A program made the position numbers and the translations under genes. From a virus, in the IMG/VR virus record IMGVR_UViG_3300008121_000011: DNA of 64,000 nucleotides. One strand, 5' to 3'. Of the stretch, positions 33,618 through 41,776 are shown piece after piece (positions within the stretch are counted from its first letter, which is position 1; every line of letters starts with the position of its first letter). The notes beneath the pieces were generated by a model. The model did no database searches, was not told the DNA's origin, and worked only from the letters and a program-made list of their open reading frames with translations.

Positions 33618-34073
33618 ATGCAAGTAATAGCTTTTACAAACGATGAAGGCGGTGTATCTATCCTTACTCCTATCCTAGATAGCGGGCTAACAATAGAACA
33701 AATTACAGAAAAAGATATTCCGCTACTCAATGGAGAGCCTATACCTTATCTGATTCTTGATGATTCGGAGTTACCCGATCGCATTGATCGCGATCGCTGG
33801 ACAATTCAAGGCAACTCAGTAATTATTGATGAATCGATCCCTTTACCTGAAACCATCAGAGAGATTGATGCAAGGCGTTTAAGGCTTGCGTTGCATCAAT
33901 TAAATCTTTTGGATACTGTCGAGACAGTGATTGCCGCATTAGGTCGTGATGCCCAAATCGAATGGGAGTATGCAACCATAATTAAAGCGAACTACCCTTT
34001 GGTGATTTCCTTATCAAGTGAGCTGGGCTTAAATGTTAGCGAGATTTTTGATATTGCGATCGCAATTAAATAA
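33618..34073 (+). CDS. Hypothetical protein (151 aa), last gene of the plus-strand fibre block
   Basis: ATG ORF. A fibre-assembly chaperone is possible from position only. Confidence 0.4.
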   Translation: MQVIAFTNDEGGVSILTPILDSGLTIEQITEKDIPLLNGEPIPYLILDDSELPDRIDRDRWTIQGNSVIIDESIPLPETIREIDARRLRLALHQLNLLDTVETVIAALGRDAQIEWEYATIIKANYPLVISLSSELGLNVSEIFDIAIAIK

Positions 34074-34941
34074 AGCTTAGTTGTACTTGTTTGCTTGGCA
34101 TTTTAGCGATCGCCTGTAAGTCTGAGCGGATATTCTTCGAGCGATCGCATATCCATAATTTTTCGGTACGCTTTGTATCGTGCTTAGTCCGCGATCGCCC
34201 ATTTGATGCGGACATAGTTGCTTCTATCTCTACGCACTTTTGCGCCGATTTAGGTGCGATATTTTGATGGTAGTTGCTTAGCACATAGCTACTTTCGCAA
34301 GCGTCAAGAGCATCGCATAGGGCTTGATAATCGTCTAGGGTGTATCCGTCGTAATGCCCTTGATTTGTCTCAGGATATGGAGGATCTGCATAGATAAGAC
34401 CATGTGGACAGTCCCAACGCTTAATAAAGTCAAGAGCATCCTCACAGCCAATATACACATCTCGCAGTCGCTCAAAACATTCTGGCAAGCGATCGGCGCG
34501 ATTTACCCATGTTGCTGCTGAGTTTTGATTGATTACTTGCGTTGCCCACCCTGCCCCAATTCCATTAGCAAAACTCATATTGCATTGAATATAAGTAGCC
34601 CAAGCAACTTTTAGATCGCTGTACTCAGATGGATTGTTATAGATTTTTCGCGCCTCACGATACTCTTCTTGGCTGTAAGGAGTGAGTTCTATCCATCGTG
34701 CTAATTCGTTAGGTTGCTCTCTTGCCACGCGCCAGAACGTGATTAATTGCTTATTCAGGTCATTAATTGCTTCGCGGTAATAGTGACTATTACCGCGATC
34801 TATTTTGCCTTTGGCATAGAGTACCGCGCCGCCTCCAAAGAACGGTTCTACATAAACGGTGTGTGGTATCGCCATGATGTGAGGGACTATTTGAGTGGCA
34901 ATACGGTTTTTCCCGCCGTAATAAGAACAGGGTGTTTTCAT
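34066..34941 (-). CDS. dam: DNA adenine methyltransferase, Dam (D12-class) family
   Basis: Contains 'YYGGK', 'VEPFFGGGAV' (motif I), 'IYADPPY' (motif IV) and 'SASNGRSRTK', collinear with E. coli Dam. The ATG at 34941 is ATGA-coupled to the upstream gene. Confidence 0.85.
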   Translation of the reverse strand: MKTPCSYYGGKNRIATQIVPHIMAIPHTVYVEPFFGGGAVLYAKGKIDRGNSHYYREAINDLNKQLITFWRVAREQPNELARWIELTPYSQEEYREARKIYNNPSEYSDLKVAWATYIQCNMSFANGIGAGWATQVINQNSAATWVNRADRLPECFERLRDVYIGCEDALDFIKRWDCPHGLIYADPPYPETNQGHYDGYTLDDYQALCDALDACESSYVLSNYHQNIAPKSAQKCVEIEATMSASNGRSRTKHDTKRTEKLWICDRSKNIRSDLQAIAKMPSKQVQLSFI

Positions 34942-35492
34942 ATAGTTACAGATACATTGCCAAGATGCCCACAGCAAGCCTTAAACTTTTTAGCTGTGAA
35001 CTTGCCAAAATAAAATAAAGTCTGACTTGTGTCATTGCCAGATTTTTTCTTTTTGCCATCGTTCTTAGGGTTTGTGAACTCAAGCCGATGGTTAAAAGTC
35101 AAATAGCAAACAGAATAATTTTGAGCATCTAAATACCAATTACTAGAAGTATTACTATTCGTAAGCAGGAAAGTATTACCAATGTGAGCATAGGTTAAAA
35201 CCATCTCTACAGCCCTCTCAATGTTGCCTTTGGAGTAAGGAGGGTTAACCCATTTATTTGGGTACTGACTCCAATCCTTACTAAATGCGTCATCAGCTTT
35301 AGTCCAAAAGGTTTGAGCTTGGATGATTTGATTGGCTCTTAGGCAAGAGAACGGATCGAGGTGAAAACCTTTAACTAAGTCTCGAAATGGGGTTACTGCA
35401 TATAGTGGAGAATAGTTCTCATCGTTTTCCTTATCTTCATCAGTATTAAGCACCAATGAAATATCAAATAAATTAGGCTGTAGAGCGATCAT
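34938..35492 (-). CDS. Phage-type N6-adenine DNA methyltransferase (NPPY)
   Basis: 'FHLDPFS...WSQYPNKWVNPPYSKG...LLTNSNTSSNWY' matches the phage Dam-type layout (LDPas...W..vwvNPPYs...st.W). Confidence 0.7.
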   Translation of the reverse strand: MIALQPNLFDISLVLNTDEDKENDENYSPLYAVTPFRDLVKGFHLDPFSCLRANQIIQAQTFWTKADDAFSKDWSQYPNKWVNPPYSKGNIERAVEMVLTYAHIGNTFLLTNSNTSSNWYLDAQNYSVCYLTFNHRLEFTNPKNDGKKKKSGNDTSQTLFYFGKFTAKKFKACCGHLGNVSVTI

Positions 35493-35683
35493 AATTTCCT
35501 CTCTCCCATAAATTCACCTTTAGCCATCCGCACAAAAGCCGCCTGATCGCTCAAATATTTGATATGCAAGTCTTTCAGCATCTCGATCAACACACTGCGA
35601 TCGCGTATATCTGCAATCTGTTCGCAGAATTGATGATGCGTGAGTTGCTTCTCTAGGGGTAAGTTACTCATGTCCTGTGTCAT
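35489..35683 (-). CDS. nblA: NblA-like phycobilisome degradation protein (64 aa)
   Basis: Its size and the pattern 'LPLEKQLTHHQFCEQI......LIEMLKDL...Y......F..MAKGEFMG' parallel NblA (LSLEQQF...F..QV..MS..QA..L..L..Q.M......LLK..WG). Judged by eye only. Confidence 0.4.
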   Translation of the reverse strand: MTQDMSNLPLEKQLTHHQFCEQIADIRDRSVLIEMLKDLHIKYLSDQAAFVRMAKGEFMGERKL

Positions 35684-35889
35684 GATTGTTTGTCAAATCC
35701 AAAATAAAAATATTTCCACGAAATTGAAAAACAATATTTACCGTTGTAAAACTCAAATCTTGAATAAATAGGAACCTTCCAAATAGCTAAAGTCAGATTC
35801 CCCAACTCAATGCGTAAGAGGTTTACGCCCTTGAGTTCATCGTCTTTAGAATCTCCGATTTGAATCATAATCCCTTCAACTCTTTCCAC
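35680..35889 (-). CDS. Hypothetical protein (69 aa)
   Basis: ATGA-coupled. Confidence 0.4.
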   Translation of the reverse strand: MERVEGIMIQIGDSKDDELKGVNLLRIELGNLTLAIWKVPIYSRFEFYNGKYCFSISWKYFYFGFDKQS

Positions 35890-36074
35890 TCAGTAACCAA
35901 CATTCTGAATGCCGCCAAGTCCTGATTAATTTGGCGATCAACTACAACCTTACCAATTCCGTGATCTGCCATGCGATCGCGTACCGACTCTACAAGCTTA
36001 TTGATGGCTTGCTCTGTACCTGCGATCGCGTCTTGTCTGATTTGTGCGTTCATAATAATATTTCCGACCGTCAT
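35865..36074 (-). CDS. Hypothetical protein (69 aa from the ATG at 36074)
   Basis: The ATG at 36074 is ATGA-coupled to the upstream stop. Confidence 0.4.
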   Translation of the reverse strand: MTVGNIIMNAQIRQDAIAGTEQAINKLVESVRDRMADHGIGKVVVDRQINQDLAAFRMLVTEWKELKGL

Positions 36075-36346
36075 AATTTCACACACCTAACTAGTGGTTT
36101 GCCATACGCTGTTAGAGTTACAGCGCCATGCTCTTCTAATAAATTCTGGAAGTCAAATAAGCTTTTACGCATCGCGTCAACTCCAATCTGTTTATCTTGA
36201 GTATCAGATTTAGCTTTAACAATCGTGAATATAGGCAACTGGTTAGAGGTTACGATATATTCTTTTTTACCAGCTGCCACGGGGCGACATATGCGAGTAG
36301 GGGCTTTACGAAACTCTGAGATTGTGATGTATTCTGCTACAATCAT
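36071..36346 (-). CDS. Hypothetical protein (91 aa)
   Basis: ATG ORF. A weak Phd/YefM-like N-terminal pattern was not judged sufficient for a call. Confidence 0.4.
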   Translation of the reverse strand: MIVAEYITISEFRKAPTRICRPVAAGKKEYIVTSNQLPIFTIVKAKSDTQDKQIGVDAMRKSLFDFQNLLEEHGAVTLTAYGKPLVRCVKL

Positions 36347-36465
36347 TTACTTTACCCAATGCTTAGCGATAATCCTTCCATTATCTCTTTCCAAATAATT
36401 TAATAATGCGATCGCGCCTACCCTTGATCGCGTGAATGTGGCTTCCAGTAGGGGAAGGGGATAAT

Positions 36466-36567
36466 TTAGCTGTTAGCCCAAAAAACACCAAAAAGAGGAA
36501 CAACAAAAACTAAAACCGCAAAAAACAACCACATAAAAATGTCGAGAAATGCCCCAATGTTTTTCAT
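36466..36567 (-). CDS. Hydrophobic micro-protein (33 aa, single TM)
   Basis: MKNIGAFLDIFMWLFFAVLVFVVPLFGVFWANS*. Its ATG lies about 45 nt after the stop of the Gly/Tyr-repeat ORF, preceded by AAGGAAAGAAAAG. Confidence 0.35.
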   Translation of the reverse strand: MKNIGAFLDIFMWLFFAVLVFVVPLFGVFWANS

Positions 36568-36613
36568 GGAGTGCCAATTTTTCAGACATAATCTTTTCTT
36601 TCCTTGATAGTTG

Positions 36614-36925
36614 TTAGCCATAGCCATAGCCATAGCCAGAGCCATCGCCAGAGCCAGAGCCATCGCCATAGCCATAGCCAGAGCCATCGCCAGAGCCAGA
36701 GCCGTAGCCAGAGCCATAGCCAGAGCCATAGCCATAGCCAGAGCCATAGCCAGAGCCATCGCCATAGCCATAGCCAGAGCCATAGCCATAGCCATCGCCA
36801 TAGCCAGAGCCATCGCCAGAGCCATAGCCATCGCCATAGCCAGAGCCATCGCCATAGCCATGGCCAGAGCCATCGCCAGAGCCAGAGCCAGAGTCAGAGT
36901 CATAATCAGTATTTAGATCTTCCAT
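36614..36925 (-). CDS. Gly/Tyr/Ser/Asp low-complexity repeat protein (103 aa)
   Basis: The ATG at 36925 has a strong RBS (GGAGGTTGCTGT-ATG) and overlaps the upstream stop region. The product is MEDLNTDYDSDSGSGSGDGSGHGYGDGSGYGDGYG...GYGYGYG*. Confidence 0.5.
   Translation of the reverse strand: MEDLNTDYDSDSGSGSGDGSGHGYGDGSGYGDGYGSGDGSGYGDGYGYGSGYGYGDGSGYGSGYGYGSGYGSGYGSGSGDGSGYGYGDGSGSGDGSGYGYGYG
36617..36900. repeat. About 280 bp of degenerate hexanucleotide repeat (GCCATA/GCCAGA/GCCATC)
   Basis: Directly visible. It is open in several frames on both strands because of the 6-nt periodicity. Confidence 0.9.
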
Positions 36926-37200
36926 ACAGCAACCTCCGCGATTGAATCTTTCGCGATTTCTGTCACTGACAGAATTTCAATCACTTCAGTGACTATGATT
37001 CTGTCAACTTCCGCAGGAAATTTGCAATTACTAGGATCACTAGTTCCTGTTTGAGCTAGCTGAGAAAGGGATGCTGCCCCTGCCCATTTCCATAAACGCC
37101 GAGCGTTGCGTATTGTTGCTTGCTTACCTTCAAAAGCTTCAAGAAATCCCGCGAATACACCCGCGCTGTAAGTTCGCACAATTACATATTGATCAATCAT
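36913..37200 (-). CDS. Conserved-looking hypothetical phage protein (95 aa)
   Basis: ATG ORF (VIVRTYSAGVFAGFL...ARRLWKWAGAASLSQLA). Confidence 0.5.
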   Translation of the reverse strand: MIDQYVIVRTYSAGVFAGFLEAFEGKQATIRNARRLWKWAGAASLSQLAQTGTSDPSNCKFPAEVDRIIVTEVIEILSVTEIAKDSIAEVAVWKI

Positions 37201-37331
37201 TTATCCGCACCTCTGTTTGTGTTAATCGTTAATCTCTTAACTTTTTACATAATAGTACAATCCTTACAAAACATACAATACCCTAACCATAACTATCCAT
37301 CACAATAAACCCGCAAAACATAGACTAAAAT

Positions 37332-38495
37332 CTATGGCTGGATATCGCGATACCGTAGCAGACTGCACTCGTTATCAGGGGCGGCTTTACGGAACTCTAA
37401 TCCGTAAGCGCTGTAATCGAATCTGTGGGTTTTCCTAAAGGTATTCCTAGCAAATGGACATCCTCTAGATATTGCAAGCTGATAAGCCATCTCTAGCGTC
37501 ATCCATTCGTTCTCAAATTCTGTTGCTTGCACCCGTGAGAAGAAAGAAATCTCATGATGATCGCGATTGTAGCGATGGATTTCCCCTGCTACAGAGCGAT
37601 TGTAGAGAAGTTTGGATAATTTTCTTAGCTCAATATTCTCGCCTAGCAGCTCGTTCAGCTTGTAAGCAATTGTTACAGCATCCTGCCATTTATCGGTAAG
37701 CACTGAGTTAATCTGCTCAGTCGAGATAATCCGTTTAGCGACTCCCTTCTGTTTGTCTGATTCAACTTTCTTTCTGGTGCGTGTGCGTTTTGGATTACTC
37801 CAATCAAGTAGCAATTTAGAAACATCAGGGTGCATCCTATACCGTTTTTTGAGCGATGGTAGATACACTTTTAGGCTTGCATATTCACCACTGCTAGTTT
37901 TGTAAGCAAGCAAAGCTTTAATCCGTTGACCATCGGGGCGATCGCGGATCGGTGGTTTTTGTCGTGGGCATAACGGGGCACTGTAGGCAAAAAAGCTGTA
38001 TAGATTCAGGATTGATTGCAAACCACTCAGACAGGGCTTTAGGCACGCAAAAACATATAGATACGTTGGTGATTTGCGATCCGTTAATCTTTGACCTCGT
38101 ACTCGTTTACGTGGCTTTTTGGGTTTTGGCTTTGTCGCAACATTCTTGGGCGGCTTTGTCTTTGGGCGATCGTTTTTCGGTTTTGGCGGTGGAGCTGCGA
38201 TCGTCTCTAACTCTGGTTCAAGCCTAGCTTTTGGCGGTTGTAGTTTTGGCGCATCACCAATATGCAAAACTTTGCGATCTAATAGGGATTTCCAGAGGCT
38301 AGACCATTGATTTCTGAGCGCTAAATACTGAGCTACGAATAACGCATTAGTGGCAATAGCGCGATCATCTTTGAGCTTGCGCCTTTGCTCATGTTCTGCG
38401 ATCGCACTTAGGATCGGCGCAACTTGCCGCCATATTGCGGGGCTGGTATCAGGGGATGGGATAGAGGGGATGCAGATGGGGAGGGATGGTTTCAT
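37332..38495 (-). CDS. Hypothetical basic Pro/Lys-rich protein (387 aa), adjacent to the iterons
   Basis: The ATG is at 38495 (MKPSLPICIPS...). The central tract is PPPKPKNDRPKTKPPKNVATKPKPKKPRKR. An origin-binding role is speculative. Confidence 0.5.
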   Translation of the reverse strand: MKPSLPICIPSIPSPDTSPAIWRQVAPILSAIAEHEQRRKLKDDRAIATNALFVAQYLALRNQWSSLWKSLLDRKVLHIGDAPKLQPPKARLEPELETIAAPPPKPKNDRPKTKPPKNVATKPKPKKPRKRVRGQRLTDRKSPTYLYVFACLKPCLSGLQSILNLYSFFAYSAPLCPRQKPPIRDRPDGQRIKALLAYKTSSGEYASLKVYLPSLKKRYRMHPDVSKLLLDWSNPKRTRTRKKVESDKQKGVAKRIISTEQINSVLTDKWQDAVTIAYKLNELLGENIELRKLSKLLYNRSVAGEIHRYNRDHHEISFFSRVQATEFENEWMTLEMAYQLAISRGCPFARNTFRKTHRFDYSAYGLEFRKAAPDNECSLLRYRDIQP

Positions 38496-38599
38496 AGTTT
38501 TACGCAAATGTTAGAAATGTTAAGCTGTATAGAGTAATCTCTATGATAAGTGTGTGTAGTATATGTATTACACAATGTAGTATTAATATATTTCTATTT

Positions 38600-38810
38600 T
38601 TTTTGTAACGTTGTAACACTTACATATAGAACGTATATACAGTAAGTATTTAGATGTGTTACAAGAAGTGTTACAAGGTGTATATTCAGTAATATTTTAG
38701 TAACGCATTACATGTATTTTTGGAAGTGTTACAAGTGTGTTTGAGGTTGTAACGCTTGTCTAACCTATACAGAGTATGCGATTAAGGTTAAGTGTTACAG
38801 TGTTACAAGG
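38600..38810. repeat. Iteron cluster (AAGTGTTACAAG / inverted TTGTAACACTT), putative replication origin
   Basis: At least 8 copies of the GTTACA/TGTAAC core lie in both orientations, for example at 38611-38621, 38655-38677, 38725-38736, 38748-38753 and 38791-38809. They sit in an AT-rich 365-bp gap next to the primase-helicase gene. Confidence 0.6.
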
Positions 38811-38873
38811 TATATAGGGAAAGTTGACATAAAAAAATACTAGTAAGTTTAATTTTCATACTTGCAACAAATA

Positions 38874-40961
38874 CTAGAAAAATTCATCATCATCACTCGT
38901 GCTGTTAAGGACAGGTGGAGGTGTAGTTGGACTTTTCCAAATATCCTGTCTAGTCGGATCTGATAAATTTGGATATCGCATAGGTGTTCGAGGTTGTACA
39001 GCGATCGGTACTTGCTTGGGAGTCATGGGATAAAGCGCTTTACCTTTATCGGTTAACATCCAAACACCAAAACGAGATCCTTGTGGTTTTTGCGACTCTA
39101 CAAGCCCTTTGTTTTTTGCGCGATGCATTGCAACTCTGAGTGTCGAAACTGTCGTAGAGCATCGAATAGCTAACTCATCAGCAGGCATTGAGCCATCCTT
39201 TAACACTCCTAAAGCTATAGAGGTTACGTCATCATGGATTTTTCCTGATTTTGTTTCCCCCAAATAGGAAAACACGCCCTTTTCTTTCCAGTCTTCAGTT
39301 TGATTAAATTCAAGATCTAAAAATAGCTTCTCGCTGTCCCTAGTTTTAGGCATTGTGAGCTTAAGCAAGTTGCAGTCTGGATTATCAGGGGCGGCGCTTT
39401 CTAATCTCCAGACTGCCCAAACAGGTGCGGTAATTCGCAAACTACCGCTCTCTGTTCCTGTTTTGTTAAGGTGATGGATTAACAAGCTAGCAGCGTTATA
39501 GTTGCCTAGTAGATCACGCAATCTATAAATTGCGTGTGCAAATTCAGCGTCGTTTTCGGATATGCCACTATTTAGGGTGATGGAAGTTAATGAATCAACT
39601 ACAACGAAATCAGGTTTAAACGTGTCTAGTTCCTGCTCTAATTGACGCAACATCTCAAGCCTGAAATTAGAGATGATTCGCACATTGTCACTAAATTCTG
39701 GTAGTTGATCCGTCCCCATTTCCCTAAATCTTTTGCGAGTTGTGCGATCGCTTTGATCGCCTGAAATAAACATCACCTTGCATGATTTCATTGCAGATTC
39801 ATTAAGAAAAATACTGCCCTCTCTAAGTAGTTTATGCATGAGAAACATTGCAAAAATAGACTTGCCTCGACCAGGAGAACCAGATAATAAAATCATCTCT
39901 CCGACTGCCATCATGTTAGATACCAGCCAATTAATTTCTGCATCGCCTTCATTCATGAAATCTTTAGCCGATCTGCTAACCATCGGGGCGGTATACATAT
40001 CAGCCGATTTAATGGCTACGCACTTATCAAAAGATGGTTTGTCAATCTTGTGAGCTAGCCTAATATCTCTAGCTAAGGTCATCTGCCTAATAGGATCTGT
40101 CTCAGCTAGCCAATACTTGATGCTTTGCTCTAGCTTTGTGTTTTCATCAATGTTGACATCAGGAGCGATCGCATCTCCAATGACTTCAGTTATTTTTGTG
40201 ACAGCATCTTGGATGGTCTTCTTGTCTGCACCGTCATTAATCCAGTCTGCGACATCCAAACCGCCGTTACTTGGTAAATGTTGCCAAAAGAAATTGTGGG
40301 GCGGGGCTAAAAGCTGTTTTAAAGGCGTTGATTTTGCCTCAAGAGCTAATCTAGCCTTAGTCATAAACTCAACGCCTGTAATGTCTCGATCTGGGCATAG
40401 CACAACCCATTTGCAAGCTGAAAGTATATCAATGTGTTCTTGGCTAAAAGTTTTACCGCGAATCGTAGTGGCAACAAAGCCCAAATCATTTAGAGCTTTC
40501 GCACAGCTTTCTCCTTCAACTAGAAATACATGACGTTCCTTGGCTGCGATTACAGCCTCTTGATTGAATAAGGGGAATGAAGTTTCTGGAATATCCCCCA
40601 AACCCGATCGCGTATTCCATTGACCTTCTCTAAATAAGTACGGATATACACCTTGTTTCTTTCCTTCAGCGTATTTCGTGATGACTTTGAGAACTGGTAT
40701 ACTGTCTCTTGTGTAAATGTACTCAATCGTCTTGTCAGGTCGTGGAGCCTTCTCTTCTACCTTCAACTTCAAAAACGGGAAACCTTCTTTGTCTGTTGTG
40801 TCTGTCTCTTCTAAATAATCAGGCAACAGCAAAGAATCCCTTTTTAACCTAGTACAAAGCACTCTAGAAGTATCACCAGTTCCGATCGTATAGCACCAAT
40901 CTCCTTTTAAACAAACAGGGCATGGATTTGACTTGGATACCCTTATTCTTTCAGCTAGCAT
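38874..40961 (-). CDS. Bifunctional primase-helicase (zinc finger + TOPRIM + RecA/DnaB-like P-loop + C-terminal wHTH)
   Basis: Contains 'CPVCLKGDWC', TOPRIM 'FLVEGESCAKAL'/'LCPDRDITG', Walker A 'GSPGRGKS' and Walker B 'FVVVDSL'. Confidence 0.8.
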   Translation of the reverse strand: MLAERIRVSKSNPCPVCLKGDWCYTIGTGDTSRVLCTRLKRDSLLLPDYLEETDTTDKEGFPFLKLKVEEKAPRPDKTIEYIYTRDSIPVLKVITKYAEGKKQGVYPYLFREGQWNTRSGLGDIPETSFPLFNQEAVIAAKERHVFLVEGESCAKALNDLGFVATTIRGKTFSQEHIDILSACKWVVLCPDRDITGVEFMTKARLALEAKSTPLKQLLAPPHNFFWQHLPSNGGLDVADWINDGADKKTIQDAVTKITEVIGDAIAPDVNIDENTKLEQSIKYWLAETDPIRQMTLARDIRLAHKIDKPSFDKCVAIKSADMYTAPMVSRSAKDFMNEGDAEINWLVSNMMAVGEMILLSGSPGRGKSIFAMFLMHKLLREGSIFLNESAMKSCKVMFISGDQSDRTTRKRFREMGTDQLPEFSDNVRIISNFRLEMLRQLEQELDTFKPDFVVVDSLTSITLNSGISENDAEFAHAIYRLRDLLGNYNAASLLIHHLNKTGTESGSLRITAPVWAVWRLESAAPDNPDCNLLKLTMPKTRDSEKLFLDLEFNQTEDWKEKGVFSYLGETKSGKIHDDVTSIALGVLKDGSMPADELAIRCSTTVSTLRVAMHRAKNKGLVESQKPQGSRFGVWMLTDKGKALYPMTPKQVPIAVQPRTPMRYPNLSDPTRQDIWKSPTTPPPVLNSTSDDDEFF

Positions 40962-41091
40962 TCTTCTTTTTCTCCGCGATTTTCTCAGATTCGATCAAAA
41001 GTTTATCCACAATCTTACTGCTAGTTTTTGTGTAAGGCAGTGAGGTAATAATGCTAGTAGTAATGTCTATTACTGATTTTTTAACGCTCAT
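40951..41091 (-). CDS. Hypothetical protein (46 aa, below cutoff)
   Basis: MSVKKSVIDITTSIITSLPYTKTSSKIVDKLLIESEKIAEKKKNAS*. ATGA-coupled upstream and overlaps the primase start. Confidence 0.3.
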   Translation of the reverse strand: MSVKKSVIDITTSIITSLPYTKTSSKIVDKLLIESEKIAEKKKNAS

Positions 41092-41246
41092 GCTTTTACC
41101 CCTGCATCGGCGATCGCTTTCTCAAGGGCTTCAACCAAAATCTCGGATATTGGCTTATCAAGAGTTTTTGATGCGATCGCCGCATCAGTTCGGAATTTTC
41201 GGGTAACTCGAACATTAATCAATACGTTGTCATCAGGTTGTTTCAT
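41088..41246 (-). CDS. Ribbon-helix-helix (CopG/Arc-like) protein (52 aa, below cutoff)
   Basis: MKQPDDNVLINVRVTRKFRTDAAIASKTLDKPISEILVEALEKAIADAGVKA* has a beta-strand followed by two helices. The inverted repeat GTCTA-N6-TAGAC (41265-41280) lies just upstream. Confidence 0.45.
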   Translation of the reverse strand: MKQPDDNVLINVRVTRKFRTDAAIASKTLDKPISEILVEALEKAIADAGVKA

Positions 41247-41314
41247 AATCTTTTTTGTGTAGATGTCTATAATTGTAGACTATTTTAAGTAAAGTAAATC
41301 ACAAATTTATCAAT

Positions 41315-41362
41315 AAAAAGCCCTGAATGCATAGAGTTTTGTTTATGCATTCAGGGCTTTTT
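41315..41362. terminator. Bidirectional rho-independent terminator
   Basis: A5-GCCCTGAATGCATA-(10-nt loop)-TATGCATTCAGGGC-T5: a 14-bp perfect stem. Confidence 0.7.
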
Positions 41363-41363
41363 A

Positions 41364-41570
41364 TTATTTCACTTCATCATTAATTTTTTGTTGCCAAATC
41401 TGATGTTTGAGTTTTTTATTCACGGTTTGAACGGGATGCGCGATCGCAAGTTGCCAAGGTTTCTTATGACGCGGATCGCCTTCCATAATGGCTAGTGACC
41501 ACGCCCGATCTCCTCCGTGCTTAGCGATTGCGATACGTTTTAAATCGTTAAGAGATTGTGGTTTACTCAC
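41364..41570 (-). CDS. Hypothetical protein (68 aa)
   Basis: Coupled ORF. Confidence 0.4.
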   Translation of the reverse strand: MSKPQSLNDLKRIAIAKHGGDRAWSLAIMEGDPRHKKPWQLAIAHPVQTVNKKLKHQIWQQKINDEVK

Positions 41571-41776
41571 GCCGCCACCTCAGACTTAGCGATCGCCGCT
41601 TTATAAAACTTTTCGAGATTGCGTTGCATCGCGCCATGATGATCGGCTTTGCGATGACCTTCTAAAAAATCAATCAAATCAGCGCCAGAAATTTTAACCC
41701 TTGGTTTTGACTTTTTGCTCTTATCAAAAATACGAACCCATCCACTGCGATCGCCGCCAATAAAACTGTAATTCAT
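41567..41776 (-). CDS. Hypothetical protein (69 aa)
   Basis: ATGA-coupled. Confidence 0.4.
   Translation of the reverse strand: MNYSFIGGDRSGWVRIFDKSKKSKPRVKISGADLIDFLEGHRKADHHGAMQRNLEKFYKAAIAKSEVAA

Noticed and set aside
36071-36346. Phd/YefM-type antitoxin and a toxin-antitoxin pair
   Set aside because: There is only a loose N-terminal resemblance (ITISEFRK...). No recognisable toxin partner lies downstream, so the gene is left as hypothetical.
36604-36945. Possible CRISPR array or alternative coding frames (MAMAMALA..., SHSHSQSH..., IAIARAIA...) in the repeat region
   Set aside because: The periodicity is 6 nt with no spacer-sized unique segments, so it is not a CRISPR array. The extra ORFs on both strands are frame artefacts of the hexamer repeat. 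Only the Gly/Tyr frame has an ATG with a strong RBS and coupling to its neighbour.
37472-38310. Plus-strand ORFs 37472-37699, 37952-38227 and 38119-38310
   Set aside because: They are antisense to the 387-aa minus-strand gene. Their translations are low-complexity products of the Pro/Lys-rich coding strand.
38520-38870. CRISPR-like repeats in the non-coding gap next to the primase gene
   Set aside because: The repeats are about 11 bp long, occur in both orientations, are irregularly spaced and are sometimes adjacent. That is iteron/origin architecture, not 28-37-bp direct repeats with uniform spacers.
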